A DNA stretch of 64,000 nucleotides from Pelagomonas calceolata. Taxonomy: Eukaryota. Below are positions 1 through 10,959 of the stretch, piece by piece. The notes under the pieces are model-generated. The model searched no databases. It was not told the origin of the DNA and saw only the letters and a list, made by a program, of their open reading frames with translations. Made by a program: the position numbers and the translations under genes. Position 1 is the first letter of the stretch. Each line of letters starts with the position of its first letter. The stretch covers positions 5,766,001 through 5,830,000 of the forward strand of contig CAKKNE010000002.1 of the NCBI GenBank assembly GCA_918797485.1, read 5' to 3'.

Positions 1-1
1 C

Positions 2-1567
2 GATCTCGCCGTTGCAGAAGCAGCCGACTAAAGGCAGGTTCCTCCTACCAGCTCTCAACGCCAGCGAGTCGCGGTTCGGCTTCAAATTGTGGAACCGCGC
101 GCCTCTTCCAGAGCACGTGAACACTAGGCCGCCGAGCACGCTGAGCGTCTCGTCGAGGCCCGACCGCAGCGGCAATGCTCTAGCACCGCGAGATTTGCTC
201 TCCAGCCGTAACGCGACACGACTGGCTTCGGCGGCGGCCTCGAGTTCTGAGACCGACGCGTCTGGCTCCAATGTGAGCCAGGCGCACCACGCGCCCTCGT
301 CGACGTCGCCGTCCAACGCTAAGGAACCATCGTCGTCCAGATGCTGCGGTGTGAGTAAATTGTAGCCGTCGGTCGGCGCCTCGTCCTCGCCATCATAAGG
401 TCTCACCCCAAAATATAAAGGCCGTGGCATGCGCCCCTGCGCGACGAACTGCTGCACTTCTCTCAATGAGGCCCCTGGAGACACATGAGTCGCTTCCACA
501 GCTTCAAAGGGCGCTTCCTTGTTGTACCTCGACGCCTTGACTACTAGCGAGTCAGCCTTGCCCATGGTGACGGCGTGGCCCGGGCAGATTCCCACGCGCC
601 ACGTCGACACGTCCGCCGCTTTGTAGACGTGGGGGCCCACGATCGCGGCGCCTCTGCTGACAGCGCTTGATGCCCGCGTCTGGCCCGCTATACTTAGTAC
701 AAGACAGCCCGCTCCACTATCATCGCTGAGGTCCGGCCTTATTATGTCTCCATCATCTACAAGCAAAGCGCCGCCCATCCCGACGTTTCTCGCTCCCAAC
801 AACCCGCCGGAAACCGCACACGGCGGGAACCCGGCCTTCGTCCAGGCCTCCCGGTTATCTTGGACTTTCTGCAACGCCGCGTGGGCCGCTCTTTGATCTT
901 CACTTAATACCAGCATCAATCGAGGCGCGTGCTCGGGGCCGTCCTCGGGCCCGGGTAATTTACCCACGACTTCCTGGGGCGGCGCGTGGGGGTCGCCGAA
1001 GGGCGGCACGTACAGCGAGGACAGTCTAGCGCCGCCGTCCAGCCGGATCAGACCGAGGGAGATGGCGCCGTGCTCGTCGCGGGGCTCGACCTCGTCCACC
1101 ACAGACTGTGTCGCACCTAACACACCGGGAGCCGCGCCCCCCAGCAACACCGTCGAGGCTGGTAAAACGCTCCGGAGGGCCTCCCTAAGATCAGCCAGGC
1201 GCCCTGCCCAGCCTCCAGAAGCAAAGAGCACGGCAATGTGCGGCGGCGCCGGCGGCTTGATCTCGTTGATGAGCTGTTTGACCGTCGTCTTGATATCTGG
1301 TATTTGTTCTTGCTTGGGCCGCGGTTCTTCTTCCTTGCCCATGCGCTCCCGCGCGCGCCGCAGTAAAAAGCCGCCGATGCGCCGCGCCGCGCTTTCTAAT
1401 CTAGCGGGCAGCGCCACGGGCGCGGCGCCTCTTTTCAAAGCAGTGAGAAAGTAGGGCCGCGCCGCGCGGCTCCGCGCGGCCGCGCCCAGGATCTTGGCCG
1501 TCGGCGCCGCCTTGCTGCCGTTGCCGACGTAGCTTAAGATGACCTCCCAGAGGAGCTCGTCGTCCAT
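2..1567 (-). CDS. FIST-domain protein with F-box-like N-terminus (FBXO22-like), 3'-partial
   Basis: Not in the ORF track because it runs off the window. Hand translation from ATG 1567: MDDELLWEVILSYV...PPHIAVLFASGGW...VLLGGAAPGVLG...LVFTCSGRGARF...LPLVGCFCNGEI, matching FIST_N/FIST_C motifs; no stop seen. Confidence 0.75.
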   Translation of the reverse strand, partial: MDDELLWEVILSYVGNGSKAAPTAKILGAAARSRAARPYFLTALKRGAAPVALPARLESAARRIGGFLLRRARERMGKEEEPRPKQEQIPDIKTTVKQLINEIKPPAPPHIAVLFASGGWAGRLADLREALRSVLPASTVLLGGAAPGVLGATQSVVDEVEPRDEHGAISLGLIRLDGGARLSSLYVPPFGDPHAPPQEVVGKLPGPEDGPEHAPRLMLVLSEDQRAAHAALQKVQDNREAWTKAGFPPCAVSGGLLGARNVGMGGALLVDDGDIIRPDLSDDSGAGCLVLSIAGQTRASSAVSRGAAIVGPHVYKAADVSTWRVGICPGHAVTMGKADSLVVKASRYNKEAPFEAVEATHVSPGASLREVQQFVAQGRMPRPLYFGVRPYDGEDEAPTDGYNLLTPQHLDDDGSLALDGDVDEGAWCAWLTLEPDASVSELEAAAEASRVALRLESKSRGARALPLRSGLDETLSVLGGLVFTCSGRGARFHNLKPNRDSLALRAGRRNLPLVGCFCNGEI

Positions 1568-2017
1568 CTTTGTTGCGCGCCTGCTTGGGCTGGATGCTCT
1601 CTAATGCAGTATGGCTTCGTTTGTAACGCACAGGCCTCGGCGCAAGGCGAGATGTTGGCCACCGCTTGTCTGTGAGTCGAGTTGTTGGACGAACAAGGCT
1701 GACTGCCGTGCGTATCCCGCGGCGCGTCAAAAACAATGCCGCCTGCGGGCTGGGCTGCTTTTTTGCATAATTTGCTAAAAGTTGCTAAAATTTCTGCATC
1801 ACAAACGTCCTCGCGGGGTGACCACGGATAGCGAGCGACCCCTCGGAGGTCCCTCGTCTTTTAGCGCCTTTTGGCAGCGCGAGGCAGGGCCCGATAGCGC
1901 CGTCTCTGGCACTTGGCCCGGGCCCGCGGCCGCGGTGCCGGGCGTGCGAAGCTTGCGTCCCACTGGACGCCGTCGTCGCGAAGTCGCGAAGGGCTGCACC
2001 GCGAAGACAGGGCAGCC

Positions 2018-4933
2018 ATGGAGCCCGGCAGCCCCTATGTCCCCACCCTTGATGATTATGTCGACGTGCCGCGCGTCGATTCGATAAAAACGCTTGAGGA
2101 CGACCCCTTGCCGCCGAAGATGTCCGTGTCCTCGTTGTTGATGCAGCAAAGTTCTGTTTTATCGGAGACGTCCACCCAGACGCCGCAGCAACGGATGACG
2201 GTCGAGCGCCCTTCCAGCAGGACGGAACGGAGCGGAGCGGTCCGACGGGGTGAATTATCTGCCGGTGTTCCTTCATCTGGTACGATTCCTCGACGTGCTG
2301 AAAGTACAGCTTACAGATTACAGGATGGGAGCGACGCGATGCGGCATTCGCAGGGCCCGTACCGCAAGCCTGTACCCCGTAGGAAGTATACGTCGCCACG
2401 AGCTCGAGAAAAGGAAGAGAGGATGCATCGAAGGAGGCAGCGCATCGACATGGGTCGGAGTGTCTTAGATGGGTGTGACCTGCCGAACGCCGAAAGAAAT
2501 TATCAATTAAGTATAGAAGCTTTGTCGCAGGAGCCCAAGTCCACGAATCGCATCGAATCTTTACTGGATAAGGCCGAGGTCGCCCAGCAGTCCATGTCGA
2601 CAACATTAGGCGCCCTGTCGTTCGCGACGGATAACGGTGAAAGTTCTCTGAGTGCGTCGGTCGACCGCATCCGGTCGTACACGAAGTTGCTCGAGAGGCA
2701 CAATCTGAGGCATTTCGTCATCTGGCAGGGGCAACGACTGGCCCAGACGCCCGAATTTGCGAACTTTCGCAAGCGCTACGCAGTAAGGTGGTCGCTCATC
2801 AACAAAGTGATCGGCGCGCTCGAAGATCTGTGCTTGCAGCGGCGCATCACCCTAGCTTTAGTGGATGGGAATTCGGTCAATGAGTTAGCGGACCAAGACC
2901 TCACAAGACTCAAAATAGGCGATATGTTGAAATGTATCCATAACTTGGATGCCACGGTCGAGGACCCCTCCTCGGATAGTCTCTTCAAGCGCACCAAAAG
3001 TAAAAATGTGCACCTCATGAAGGACGTCATGGCCATGGCCATCCAGGCTTTGTTTCGGGGGAGAGCGGCGCGACGACGACAAGTGGACCTCAAGTATCAT
3101 ACTACCGCTGTTATTGTGATCCAGTGCCACTTTCGACGTAGAAAAGCGCGGCGTTTCGTGTTGAAAGGTTTATTGGCATTGAGGGAAAAACGACAGAAGC
3201 AGTGGGGCGAACTTGTTGAGAGGTTACACGCGGATTTACTGGATGAACCGCGCGTCGAGATCCACGTCGCGTCCCTGAATTATGGCGAGACCGCGCGACT
3301 CATGAGACCTAGATATCAATTAGAACAGGCCCAGCACCTCGCGCGCGTTTTACGAGCTGTGGATGATAATGTACATGTCGTCTACGTGTCGCCCATGGAA
3401 CTTCCCGAGGACGTCGTCGACTACTACCGCCGCTTACTGTCGCTGGGCGAGGCCGGGAGTGGCGACCCCGCCGAGACGCCGCGCCAATCACGAATTGGAC
3501 GGGGCGCGCGGAATCCCTTCGGCGAGACGAGTGACGACGTTCTGCCGGGCGGCGCGTTCACGGTCGTCGTCCCCGAATTATCAGATAGGTTCCCCTCGTC
3601 CGCGCCATTGGCACAGGTAGCTCTTTGTAGCCCAGCTTGCGTGAAAAGACTGAGGTACCTCGCTCACTCGTCGAACAAGGCACCGGTCCTGATCCCGGGT
3701 GTGTCTTCGGGATGGGCTGAGAAGCAGCTCGCTCTACTACTCAACACACCCTTGTTAGGACCGGATCCCGCCGTAGCATCATTATATGCAACTAGATCAG
3801 GAGCCAAGCGCGTCTTGCACGCGGCCGACGTGAGCGTGCCGTCCGGCGCGCACGACATCTACGACGAGGAGGACCTCATTATCGCTCTAGCTAAGCTCAT
3901 CGCGGGCCGGTTGGACGTCCAAAGGTGGCGCTTCGCTACCGACGCGGACAACGGCAAGAGCGGCCGCGCGTTTCTGGACGTGGCTTCGCTGGACGTCGTC
4001 GCGGACCTCAGAGCGGAGAAGCGCAAGCTGACGCAGCTGGACATCGTCCGGGGCGAGGCGGCGTGGTGCCATCCCGACGTGCAGACGCTGGCGCGGCGGA
4101 AGTTGCTGCGGGCGCTTCGCTTGGCCCTGCCCCTACACTGTGTCGTCGCGCTGCCCGGTCAAGAGGTCGGTTCAAATTGGGCGGAGTTCGCCCACTTGAT
4201 CACGCAGAACGGTTGTGTGGTCGAGGCCGAGCCGGCCAACGTTGTTGGTAGGTGCGCCGTGCACGCGTTGTTGAACGACGAGTGTACGGTACAAAGTACG
4301 CAGGACATCGTTCTGGACGAGGCGGCCACGTCCACACTCGTCGCGACGCATCCCGCGAGCAAAGCCCCCCGGAAAGCATTGGAGGGCGCCACGAAGAGCG
4401 TCGGTAATGCATTGAGGGCGTTGGGCGGCTGCCCGGCCACGTACTTCACGGTGGAATACGTCGTCTTCGAGACGGACGAGGGCTTGCGGCTCTGGGCGAC
4501 GGAGCTCGAGGTCGGCCTGACGCGGCTCGCGGCGGGGCATGCCCTGCATATTTGCGTGGCAGGTTGCGACGATCGACGGGCAACTTATACATTACTCCCG
4601 CAGCTCTCGGGCCCCGGCATCGAGGCGACGTCCTTCGCGACGTTCTTCAAGCTCTGTCGGAAGCACGGCTTGGCTTTTGATGTTGAGAAGCGGCGGGGGC
4701 CCGTCGTGGCGCTCGTCGACTCGCTAGCCTCGGGCGTCGTCGGCGCGTGCGTCGAAGGTCTGACTCTGCGAGATGCATTGCGGCTTTCCCTGGATTTCCT
4801 GAAGTTCATTCGGACGAAGCTCGACGCGTCGCATTTGATCCACCGCGAGGCGCGGCCGGAAGATCGCGACGTGGAGTTCGTGCGTTTCGCGCTCGAGCGG
4901 ATTTTGAAGGAGGAGGACAGTAAGAATAGTTAG
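2018..4933 (+). CDS. IQ-motif-containing protein H-like (IQCH)
   Basis: About 970-aa ORF with IQ motifs (IQALFRGRAAR, IQCHFRRRKAR) and IQCH-like segments (VHVVYVSP, YYRRLL, YATRSGAKRV, VPSGAHDIYDE). First ATG at 2018. Confidence 0.75.
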   Translation: MEPGSPYVPTLDDYVDVPRVDSIKTLEDDPLPPKMSVSSLLMQQSSVLSETSTQTPQQRMTVERPSSRTERSGAVRRGELSAGVPSSGTIPRRAESTAYRLQDGSDAMRHSQGPYRKPVPRRKYTSPRAREKEERMHRRRQRIDMGRSVLDGCDLPNAERNYQLSIEALSQEPKSTNRIESLLDKAEVAQQSMSTTLGALSFATDNGESSLSASVDRIRSYTKLLERHNLRHFVIWQGQRLAQTPEFANFRKRYAVRWSLINKVIGALEDLCLQRRITLALVDGNSVNELADQDLTRLKIGDMLKCIHNLDATVEDPSSDSLFKRTKSKNVHLMKDVMAMAIQALFRGRAARRRQVDLKYHTTAVIVIQCHFRRRKARRFVLKGLLALREKRQKQWGELVERLHADLLDEPRVEIHVASLNYGETARLMRPRYQLEQAQHLARVLRAVDDNVHVVYVSPMELPEDVVDYYRRLLSLGEAGSGDPAETPRQSRIGRGARNPFGETSDDVLPGGAFTVVVPELSDRFPSSAPLAQVALCSPACVKRLRYLAHSSNKAPVLIPGVSSGWAEKQLALLLNTPLLGPDPAVASLYATRSGAKRVLHAADVSVPSGAHDIYDEEDLIIALAKLIAGRLDVQRWRFATDADNGKSGRAFLDVASLDVVADLRAEKRKLTQLDIVRGEAAWCHPDVQTLARRKLLRALRLALPLHCVVALPGQEVGSNWAEFAHLITQNGCVVEAEPANVVGRCAVHALLNDECTVQSTQDIVLDEAATSTLVATHPASKAPRKALEGATKSVGNALRALGGCPATYFTVEYVVFETDEGLRLWATELEVGLTRLAAGHALHICVAGCDDRRATYTLLPQLSGPGIEATSFATFFKLCRKHGLAFDVEKRRGPVVALVDSLASGVVGACVEGLTLRDALRLSLDFLKFIRTKLDASHLIHREARPEDRDVEFVRFALERILKEEDSKNS

Positions 4934-5922
4934 AGTTCCCCGTACCACGGCCTGGGCGGCGGCGGGTCCTCGTCGGGGAACGAGAACGCCTTCGCCCAGG
5001 GACTCCGGCACGTGGAGGCCTCGTCAAATTCTAAAAAGGGCGCGACGGGGAACGGGTCCACGCACCGCGCGACGTCGTCCGCGTCGAGTTGAACATCGTT
5101 CTTCGCGGCCTCCGCCGCGCCCCTCAAAACCAGGTCGCAGGGGCCCGGCTCCTCCCTCAACACCCCGTCGCTTATCACAATGCGCCGCCGCAGCACCGCG
5201 TTGTTCGCGGGCTTCGCGTCCAAACCACAAACCTCCTGGAGGTAGTCGCCGTGGCCCGCGACGAAGACGACGGCCGCGCCGTCTCCATCAACCTTGTTCT
5301 CGAGCGGCGGGCCGACCTCGGACGCCGATGCTGTTGTAACTCGCGGCGCGACCGTCTCCCCCAAAAACAACAAAAATTGACCCCAGTCGCTTGAATTGCG
5401 CGCGACGCCGTCGGGGACGAGCGACGCGCCGTCCAGCGCGCGCGGCTCGTTGTCGAGCTGGATCTCCGGATTTGAGGGCGCGCGCTCGGCCAGGAACGGC
5501 GCCTCTTCAACAACAGCGTCAGGATAGACGTGCTGCGCCGTCTCTCGGGCTCGTTGCAATGTCGACGACATGACGAGCGCCGGCTTTGAATACCGCCGCC
5601 GCAACGCGACGCCCGCTCTCCTGGACAGCTCGACGCCGCAGTCCGTGAGCTTCGGGTCCCGGTAGGCGTCGTGGAGCCGCACTTTCGCTGTCGTCTGGTC
5701 CGGCCGCTCCAATACCAGAGTGCAGTCGTCTCCCTTAATTTCCGCCGCGCCGTAGCCGACGGCGCGGTCGAAGGGCGTTTCTACCAATTCGCGGTCGATG
5801 GCGTCGAAGATGTGCGGCTGGAAGGCTTGATCAACATTCTCGATGTGCGTCATGCATCCATCCAACACGTTGGAGCAGCTGAGGCCGTGGCGCATTAGCA
5901 AGAGGGTGATGGTGACTGCCAT
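4930..5922 (-). CDS. Histidine phosphatase (phosphoglycerate mutase-like) family protein
   Basis: LLMRHGLS motif, D-P-x-LT, SSTLQRARETA and a C-terminal GHG. Confidence 0.8.
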   Translation of the reverse strand: MAVTITLLLMRHGLSCSNVLDGCMTHIENVDQAFQPHIFDAIDRELVETPFDRAVGYGAAEIKGDDCTLVLERPDQTTAKVRLHDAYRDPKLTDCGVELSRRAGVALRRRYSKPALVMSSTLQRARETAQHVYPDAVVEEAPFLAERAPSNPEIQLDNEPRALDGASLVPDGVARNSSDWGQFLLFLGETVAPRVTTASASEVGPPLENKVDGDGAAVVFVAGHGDYLQEVCGLDAKPANNAVLRRRIVISDGVLREEPGPCDLVLRGAAEAAKNDVQLDADDVARCVDPFPVAPFLEFDEASTCRSPWAKAFSFPDEDPPPPRPWYGEL

Positions 5923-6446
5923 CTTTGTGAGAGGTCTCCGGCAGTCAAATTCGTTGCACTTGGCGCTGCAGCGTTGCAGCGTTCAATAATGGCTGTGTCG
6001 CTCGTGTTTTGGCCGAGGCCTACGGCGCTCACGCGCGATGCAGCGGCATTTTTAGCCTCTGGCATCCTAGTACGTTACGCGTTGGTTAACATCCAGCCTT
6101 TGGCGGAGCGCAGCAAAATGCTCGCGTCGAGACGTGCGCGGGGCCCTGGAGCAATCCGATACCCGTCCTACGGCACCATCGGCTGAGTATCTGCGGAGTA
6201 GGGGGGTCTCGGTTTCGCCTCCAAAGGTGTCCGCTGGGGCAGGCCCAAAAGCGAGGGTGCGCCCGCTAGCGGCCGATCGGCAGGGGAATAGCGTAATTCC
6301 CCACTCTTAGAGCTGCACGCGCGCTCGGCGGCGCTCCCAGTTGCCCGTGCGAGGACTTTGGGGCTGCCCATCTGCTCTCCAGCAGACAGAGCGAGGCTCC
6401 GCGCTGCCCCGGTTGCGCGTGTTGAGCTGAGCACTAGCCGAAGACG

Positions 6447-9400
6447 ATGAGGACCATGGGCTCCCGGCGCTGGTACAGCGTGCTGCTGCTGGCGGCGATC
6501 TCAAACGCCCAGGACCCGACGAAGATGCCCGTCCCAAAACCCACCGACGTGCCGACGTCCGTGCCGACGAGCGAGCCCACGGCCGAGCCGACGGGCAAGC
6601 CGAGCCGCGATCCTACTTCTCTACCGACGTCTGAGCCTACTAAAACGCCGACGAGTGCGCCGACAAAAACGCCGACCACCGCGCCCACCTCAAAGCCGTC
6701 CATCGTGCCCACGTCAACGCCGACGTACCTCCCGACCGGCGTCCCGACGGGCAAGCCGTCGGCCGTGCCCACGTTCTCGCAGCCGCCCTCGGGCTCGCCC
6801 ACCAGCAAACCGACGGGCGTGCCGACGGCGCAGCCGAGCGGCCTGCCGACCGTCGACCCGACGATCGCGCCTACATATGAAACGTGGATGCCGTCGCAAG
6901 TCCCCACGGGCAAGCCCTCCGGCGTGCCGACGTCCGCGCCGACGGCGTCGCCGCCGCCCTCGGAGGCGCCGACCATCGTACCGACGTCGTCACCCACACC
7001 GCTTCCCTCATTGCCGCCGACGTCGTCCGTGCCGTCGTCGGCGCCGACGAAGTCTCTCCTCACATTGGAGATCTCGATGTTTATCGATCCGCACGAGGAG
7101 CCGACGCCCTTCCCGTCCGCCGTGCCGACGGCGGACCCGAGCTTCGCGCCGACGTCATTGCCGAGCCACGGGCCGTCCGTGCCCCCTACCAGTGTTCCGT
7201 CGTCGTCGCCTACCTCAGAACCGACGGCCGCGCCTTCATCAGTACCTACATCACTACCTTCCTCAAAGCCGTCCGCGACGCCTACCGGCGAACCGACCGC
7301 GCTGCCGACCGTGGTACCGACGCCGACGCCGACCGGCGTCCCCACATCGGTACCGACGCATGACCCGACCGAGGCGCCGACGTTCAGCCCGACCTCGGTA
7401 CCCAGCTCGGCTCCAACAAACGTGCCCAGCTCGACGCCCTCCAAAACCCCGACGACGGTGCCGACGCCGGCGCCGACCTACGAGACGGACGGCCCGACCG
7501 GCGTGCCGACGTCCAAGCCGACGTCCGAGCCGACCTTTACGCTCTCACCGACGAGCGTGCCGACGGGCGCACCCACCAAAGCGCCGACCAATGTACCTTC
7601 CAGTGTACCGACGTCGGCGCCAACCTCAGAACCGACGAAGGAGCCGACCGGTACCCCGACGTCCGAGCCGACCCACGTGCCGACGACGGAGCCCACGGCC
7701 GTGCCGACTCCGTCGCCTATACCAGTACCGACGCGCGTGCCGACGACCGTGCCCACGGCGCTCCCGACGTCGACGCCGACGTCGCCGCCGTCGCGACCCC
7801 CGACCATCGGCCCCACGCACGTGCCCACGTCGTTTCCTTCAGGGGAGCCGACCGGCGTCCCCACGACGACGCCCACATCCACCCCAACGGCCGTGCCCAC
7901 CTCGAGACCCTCGTCGATCTCGACGATCCTGCCGTTCGGCATCCACTACTGCCAGGATTATGTCGCGTTCGACATGGAGCAGTACTACAAACCCGTCATC
8001 CAGGAGATTACGAGGGCCCAGAGCGTGCCCTCGGTCACGTGCCAGTCCATCGGCACGCACCCTGGTGTTCATGCGGGCGCGCCGGGCGGCTGGAACGGGC
8101 CTTCGAGCGTCGCGCCCGAGGGCAAGTGGGATAATGATACCGCGGTCTTGATTGCGGTGACGAACTTCTACGCCACGGACGAAATAGATAGAGATGATCC
8201 CAGTAAAGCGTCGACGGTCTTCGAGGTCGGCGACAACGTGACCTGGCGCATGAACCGGGCCATCTTCAAGTCTGTAAATCAACACCAGGCGACCTTCAAC
8301 CGCAAGATGAAGATGCGCATTCGGAATTCTTTTGGTGGCTCTCGGACGCGAAAGAGGCAATTATCCGACGCCGCGCAAGCGCACGTCGCGTCGCTGGACG
8401 GCAGGACGGCTCGGAACTTGCAGGGTGCCCAGTACGAGATGGACTACGCGTATAACGCGTCCTCTGCGTTGCATTTCGTCGACGCGGCGAACATCACGTG
8501 GGTGACGACCGAGGTCGTGGGAAGCATCGCGCCCTCCGGCGTGCCGACGGCCGACCCCACGGCCACGCCGACCACGCCTCCCTCCCCAGAACCCACGGGC
8601 GTGCCCACGGGCACGCCCACGGCCCTGCCCACGACGCTACCTAGTCCGCTCCCCACACCCTACCCGACGGCCATGTGCCCTTCGTGGGCGACGCGCGAGG
8701 GCTGCGCGCCGAACTGCTTGTGTTGCGCGTCCTATTCCGAGGCCAAGTACCGGAAACCGCACGAGTCTTTTTATAACGAACACATGGAAAAGGACTTCAA
8801 CCCCGCCGAGCCGGACCAGTGCCTCATGTGCGACCACGGGTTCGAGTGCCAGGAGACGGGCGGCGACGGCCAGAGGGACGGCGACGGCACCTGCGTGGAG
8901 AAGGCCGACTACGCGTACGAGGGCGAGAACATGTGCGACTGGTGGAAGTGGGCCTACCGCTACGGGCCGAACAAGACCGAGTCGGGCCCCTACGCGACGA
9001 ACTGGAAGACGGGCCACGCCTACGCCGAGGACGGCAGCCTCCCGAAGAAGTGGTACTCGATCAACGGCAAGAACTGCTCCAAGTGGGACGTCGACGTCGT
9101 GAGCACGGACAAGTGCAAGGGCCTCTTCCACTACTGCAACGAGACGCACTGCGACGAGTCCACGGCCTCGGGCCACAAGACCCTGAAGCACGACCGCGAG
9201 GGCACGATCTGCTACTCGGACTACCGCGCGCCGGACTTTGTGGGCTACTGCTCCTACGAGGTCGGCCCGTCGCACTGCGCGCGCTGCGTCGAGGGCGCCT
9301 GCGGCAAGGGCGCCTGCGTGCAGGCCTCCCTGGGCTTCGAGCTCGGGGGCGCCGCCGCCGACAAGACGCCCGAGGAGCTGACCGCCGACCCAATCTTCAC

Positions 9401-9944
9401 GGGAGGCCTCAAGAAGTCGATCGCCGAGGCGTGCGACTTCGCGGCGCTGGGCCTGGATGAGGACAACATCAAGGACCTCGTGATCAGCTACGGGCGGCGG
9501 CGGCTCGAGGTCGACGAGGCCGGGGGCGCCGTCGAGCAGCGCCGGCTGCAGACGGCGTTCTCCGTCACGTACACGATCGTCTACGACCCCGACGTCGTGG
9601 AGATCTCCGTGGACACGATCGCCCAGACCGTCACGGCGGCCGCGGAGGAAGCGATCGACGAGGGAAGCTTCATCGCGGCGCTCGACACGGCGATGGCCGA
9701 AGTCGCGCAGGAGCTGTTTGACGCCGGAGTGATCACCCTGGCAGAACAGACTGCGGCCGTCACGGCGTTCGTCGGCGCGGTCGTCATCACGGAGACGACC
9801 GTGACCGTCATCTCGACGGAGGCGCCGACCTTCTGGTCCGACACGGAGGAGAACATGGAGCCGGTGATCGTCTCGCGGCGCCAGGGCGGCGTCGCGGTCT
9901 CCGAATTGCCGGCGTGCGGCTGCGACGACGACACGACTGCGTAG
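6447..9944 (+). CDS. Secreted or surface mucin-like protein: signal peptide, long PT(S/T)xPT repeat tract, Cys-rich domain
   Basis: Signal peptide (WYSVLLLAAISNA), several hundred aa of PTxxPT repeats, Cys-rich region, RRRL/RRLQ motifs common in stramenopile surface proteins. Confidence 0.8.
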   Translation: MRTMGSRRWYSVLLLAAISNAQDPTKMPVPKPTDVPTSVPTSEPTAEPTGKPSRDPTSLPTSEPTKTPTSAPTKTPTTAPTSKPSIVPTSTPTYLPTGVPTGKPSAVPTFSQPPSGSPTSKPTGVPTAQPSGLPTVDPTIAPTYETWMPSQVPTGKPSGVPTSAPTASPPPSEAPTIVPTSSPTPLPSLPPTSSVPSSAPTKSLLTLEISMFIDPHEEPTPFPSAVPTADPSFAPTSLPSHGPSVPPTSVPSSSPTSEPTAAPSSVPTSLPSSKPSATPTGEPTALPTVVPTPTPTGVPTSVPTHDPTEAPTFSPTSVPSSAPTNVPSSTPSKTPTTVPTPAPTYETDGPTGVPTSKPTSEPTFTLSPTSVPTGAPTKAPTNVPSSVPTSAPTSEPTKEPTGTPTSEPTHVPTTEPTAVPTPSPIPVPTRVPTTVPTALPTSTPTSPPSRPPTIGPTHVPTSFPSGEPTGVPTTTPTSTPTAVPTSRPSSISTILPFGIHYCQDYVAFDMEQYYKPVIQEITRAQSVPSVTCQSIGTHPGVHAGAPGGWNGPSSVAPEGKWDNDTAVLIAVTNFYATDEIDRDDPSKASTVFEVGDNVTWRMNRAIFKSVNQHQATFNRKMKMRIRNSFGGSRTRKRQLSDAAQAHVASLDGRTARNLQGAQYEMDYAYNASSALHFVDAANITWVTTEVVGSIAPSGVPTADPTATPTTPPSPEPTGVPTGTPTALPTTLPSPLPTPYPTAMCPSWATREGCAPNCLCCASYSEAKYRKPHESFYNEHMEKDFNPAEPDQCLMCDHGFECQETGGDGQRDGDGTCVEKADYAYEGENMCDWWKWAYRYGPNKTESGPYATNWKTGHAYAEDGSLPKKWYSINGKNCSKWDVDVVSTDKCKGLFHYCNETHCDESTASGHKTLKHDREGTICYSDYRAPDFVGYCSYEVGPSHCARCVEGACGKGACVQASLGFELGGAAADKTPEELTADPIFTGGLKKSIAEACDFAALGLDEDNIKDLVISYGRRRLEVDEAGGAVEQRRLQTAFSVTYTIVYDPDVVEISVDTIAQTVTAAAEEAIDEGSFIAALDTAMAEVAQELFDAGVITLAEQTAAVTAFVGAVVITETTVTVISTEAPTFWSDTEENMEPVIVSRRQGGVAVSELPACGCDDDTTA

Positions 9945-10385
9945 TGGTTACGGCCTTCCCCGTTCCCCCTGCTGTAATTACTTTCGTGGTTTTTTCTTTT
10001 GTGGGGTGTCGTTGCCTGGCCGCCTCGTCGTTTACTCCATTTCTCACGACGCCGTCCGACCCGCGCCCGCTCTGCGTCACCTGGCCTTAGCGTGACACTA
10101 TCCTATAAAGTCGAAGCGGTTCGCTCACTAATGTACCGCATGCAGTACATATATAGGTACGGGGCTAGTGTGTTTATTGTTTAGTTATTATCCATCTTCC
10201 TTCGACTCGGAGCATCGCGTTCAACGCCGCTGCTGCGCGCCCCGGGGCAAGATCATTGCTTGCAAGACGTTCCTCGACAACCCTACTTGCGCTCCAGCGC
10301 TGCCGGCTGTCTTAGACAAGGGTGGGGAGGTATCAAAGCTCAAAGCAGCCCCCAGACGCCGTCGAGCCGTAAGCAGCAGTGAAAA

Positions 10386-10868
10386 ATGATCGGCCCCAAC
10401 GAAGGCGAGGTCCTGTCGACCGCGGACGCGCTCTGGCCCCTCGCGCTGCTCTATCTTGTTTCATGCGGCGCGCTTGGCGTCGGGAGCCTCGCGCTGCTGC
10501 GCCACGAGAGCAAGCGCGCGCCCGCCAAGGAAGAGGAGGACGACAGGGACCTCGTCGCGCTCGAGGGCCACGGGGGCTCCACGCCCGGCGAGCAGGACTG
10601 GCTCGTCGTGGCCTTCTTTCTTCTCGTCGCGTCGTACCTCGGCGGGCTGATCAGCTTGGAAACCGGCGCCGCGGCGGCGCTGACCTTTGGCCTGGCGTTC
10701 GGCCTCGGCCGCGCGCAGGGCCTCCGCGACGCCGCCGCGGCCTCGAAGGGCGCCGACGCCGCGCTGCCGGTGCCAAAGGCCCGGCGACGAGCCGCCTGGC
10801 GCCGCGTCGCCCGCGCGCGGCCCGGGGGCATGCGCCGCGTGCGGAGCGCGTCGTCGCTGATCAACTAA
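10386..10868 (+). CDS. Small hypothetical membrane protein (about 3 TM segments)
   Basis: ATG in AAAAATG context, hydrophobic segments, GC3-rich codons. Confidence 0.55.
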   Translation: MIGPNEGEVLSTADALWPLALLYLVSCGALGVGSLALLRHESKRAPAKEEEDDRDLVALEGHGGSTPGEQDWLVVAFFLLVASYLGGLISLETGAAAALTFGLAFGLGRAQGLRDAAAASKGADAALPVPKARRRAAWRRVARARPGGMRRVRSASSLIN

Positions 10869-10959
10869 ACTAGTTTCGTCGTCTTTAGCGCCTTCCGGAC
10901 CCTTCGCGCCACCGCAAGAACTGCCGAACGGGATCGACGAAAAATTTTACTACACGCTG

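Noticed and set aside
6434..8151. Long antisense and alternative-frame ORFs (VG-rich 336 aa, Arg-rich 498 aa)
   Set aside because: Shadows of the PT-repeat coding sequence in GC-rich DNA.
9864..9944. Possible terminal intron in the mucin-like gene
   Set aside because: GT and AG are present, but the frame is open to the stop and there is no homology or TIR support.
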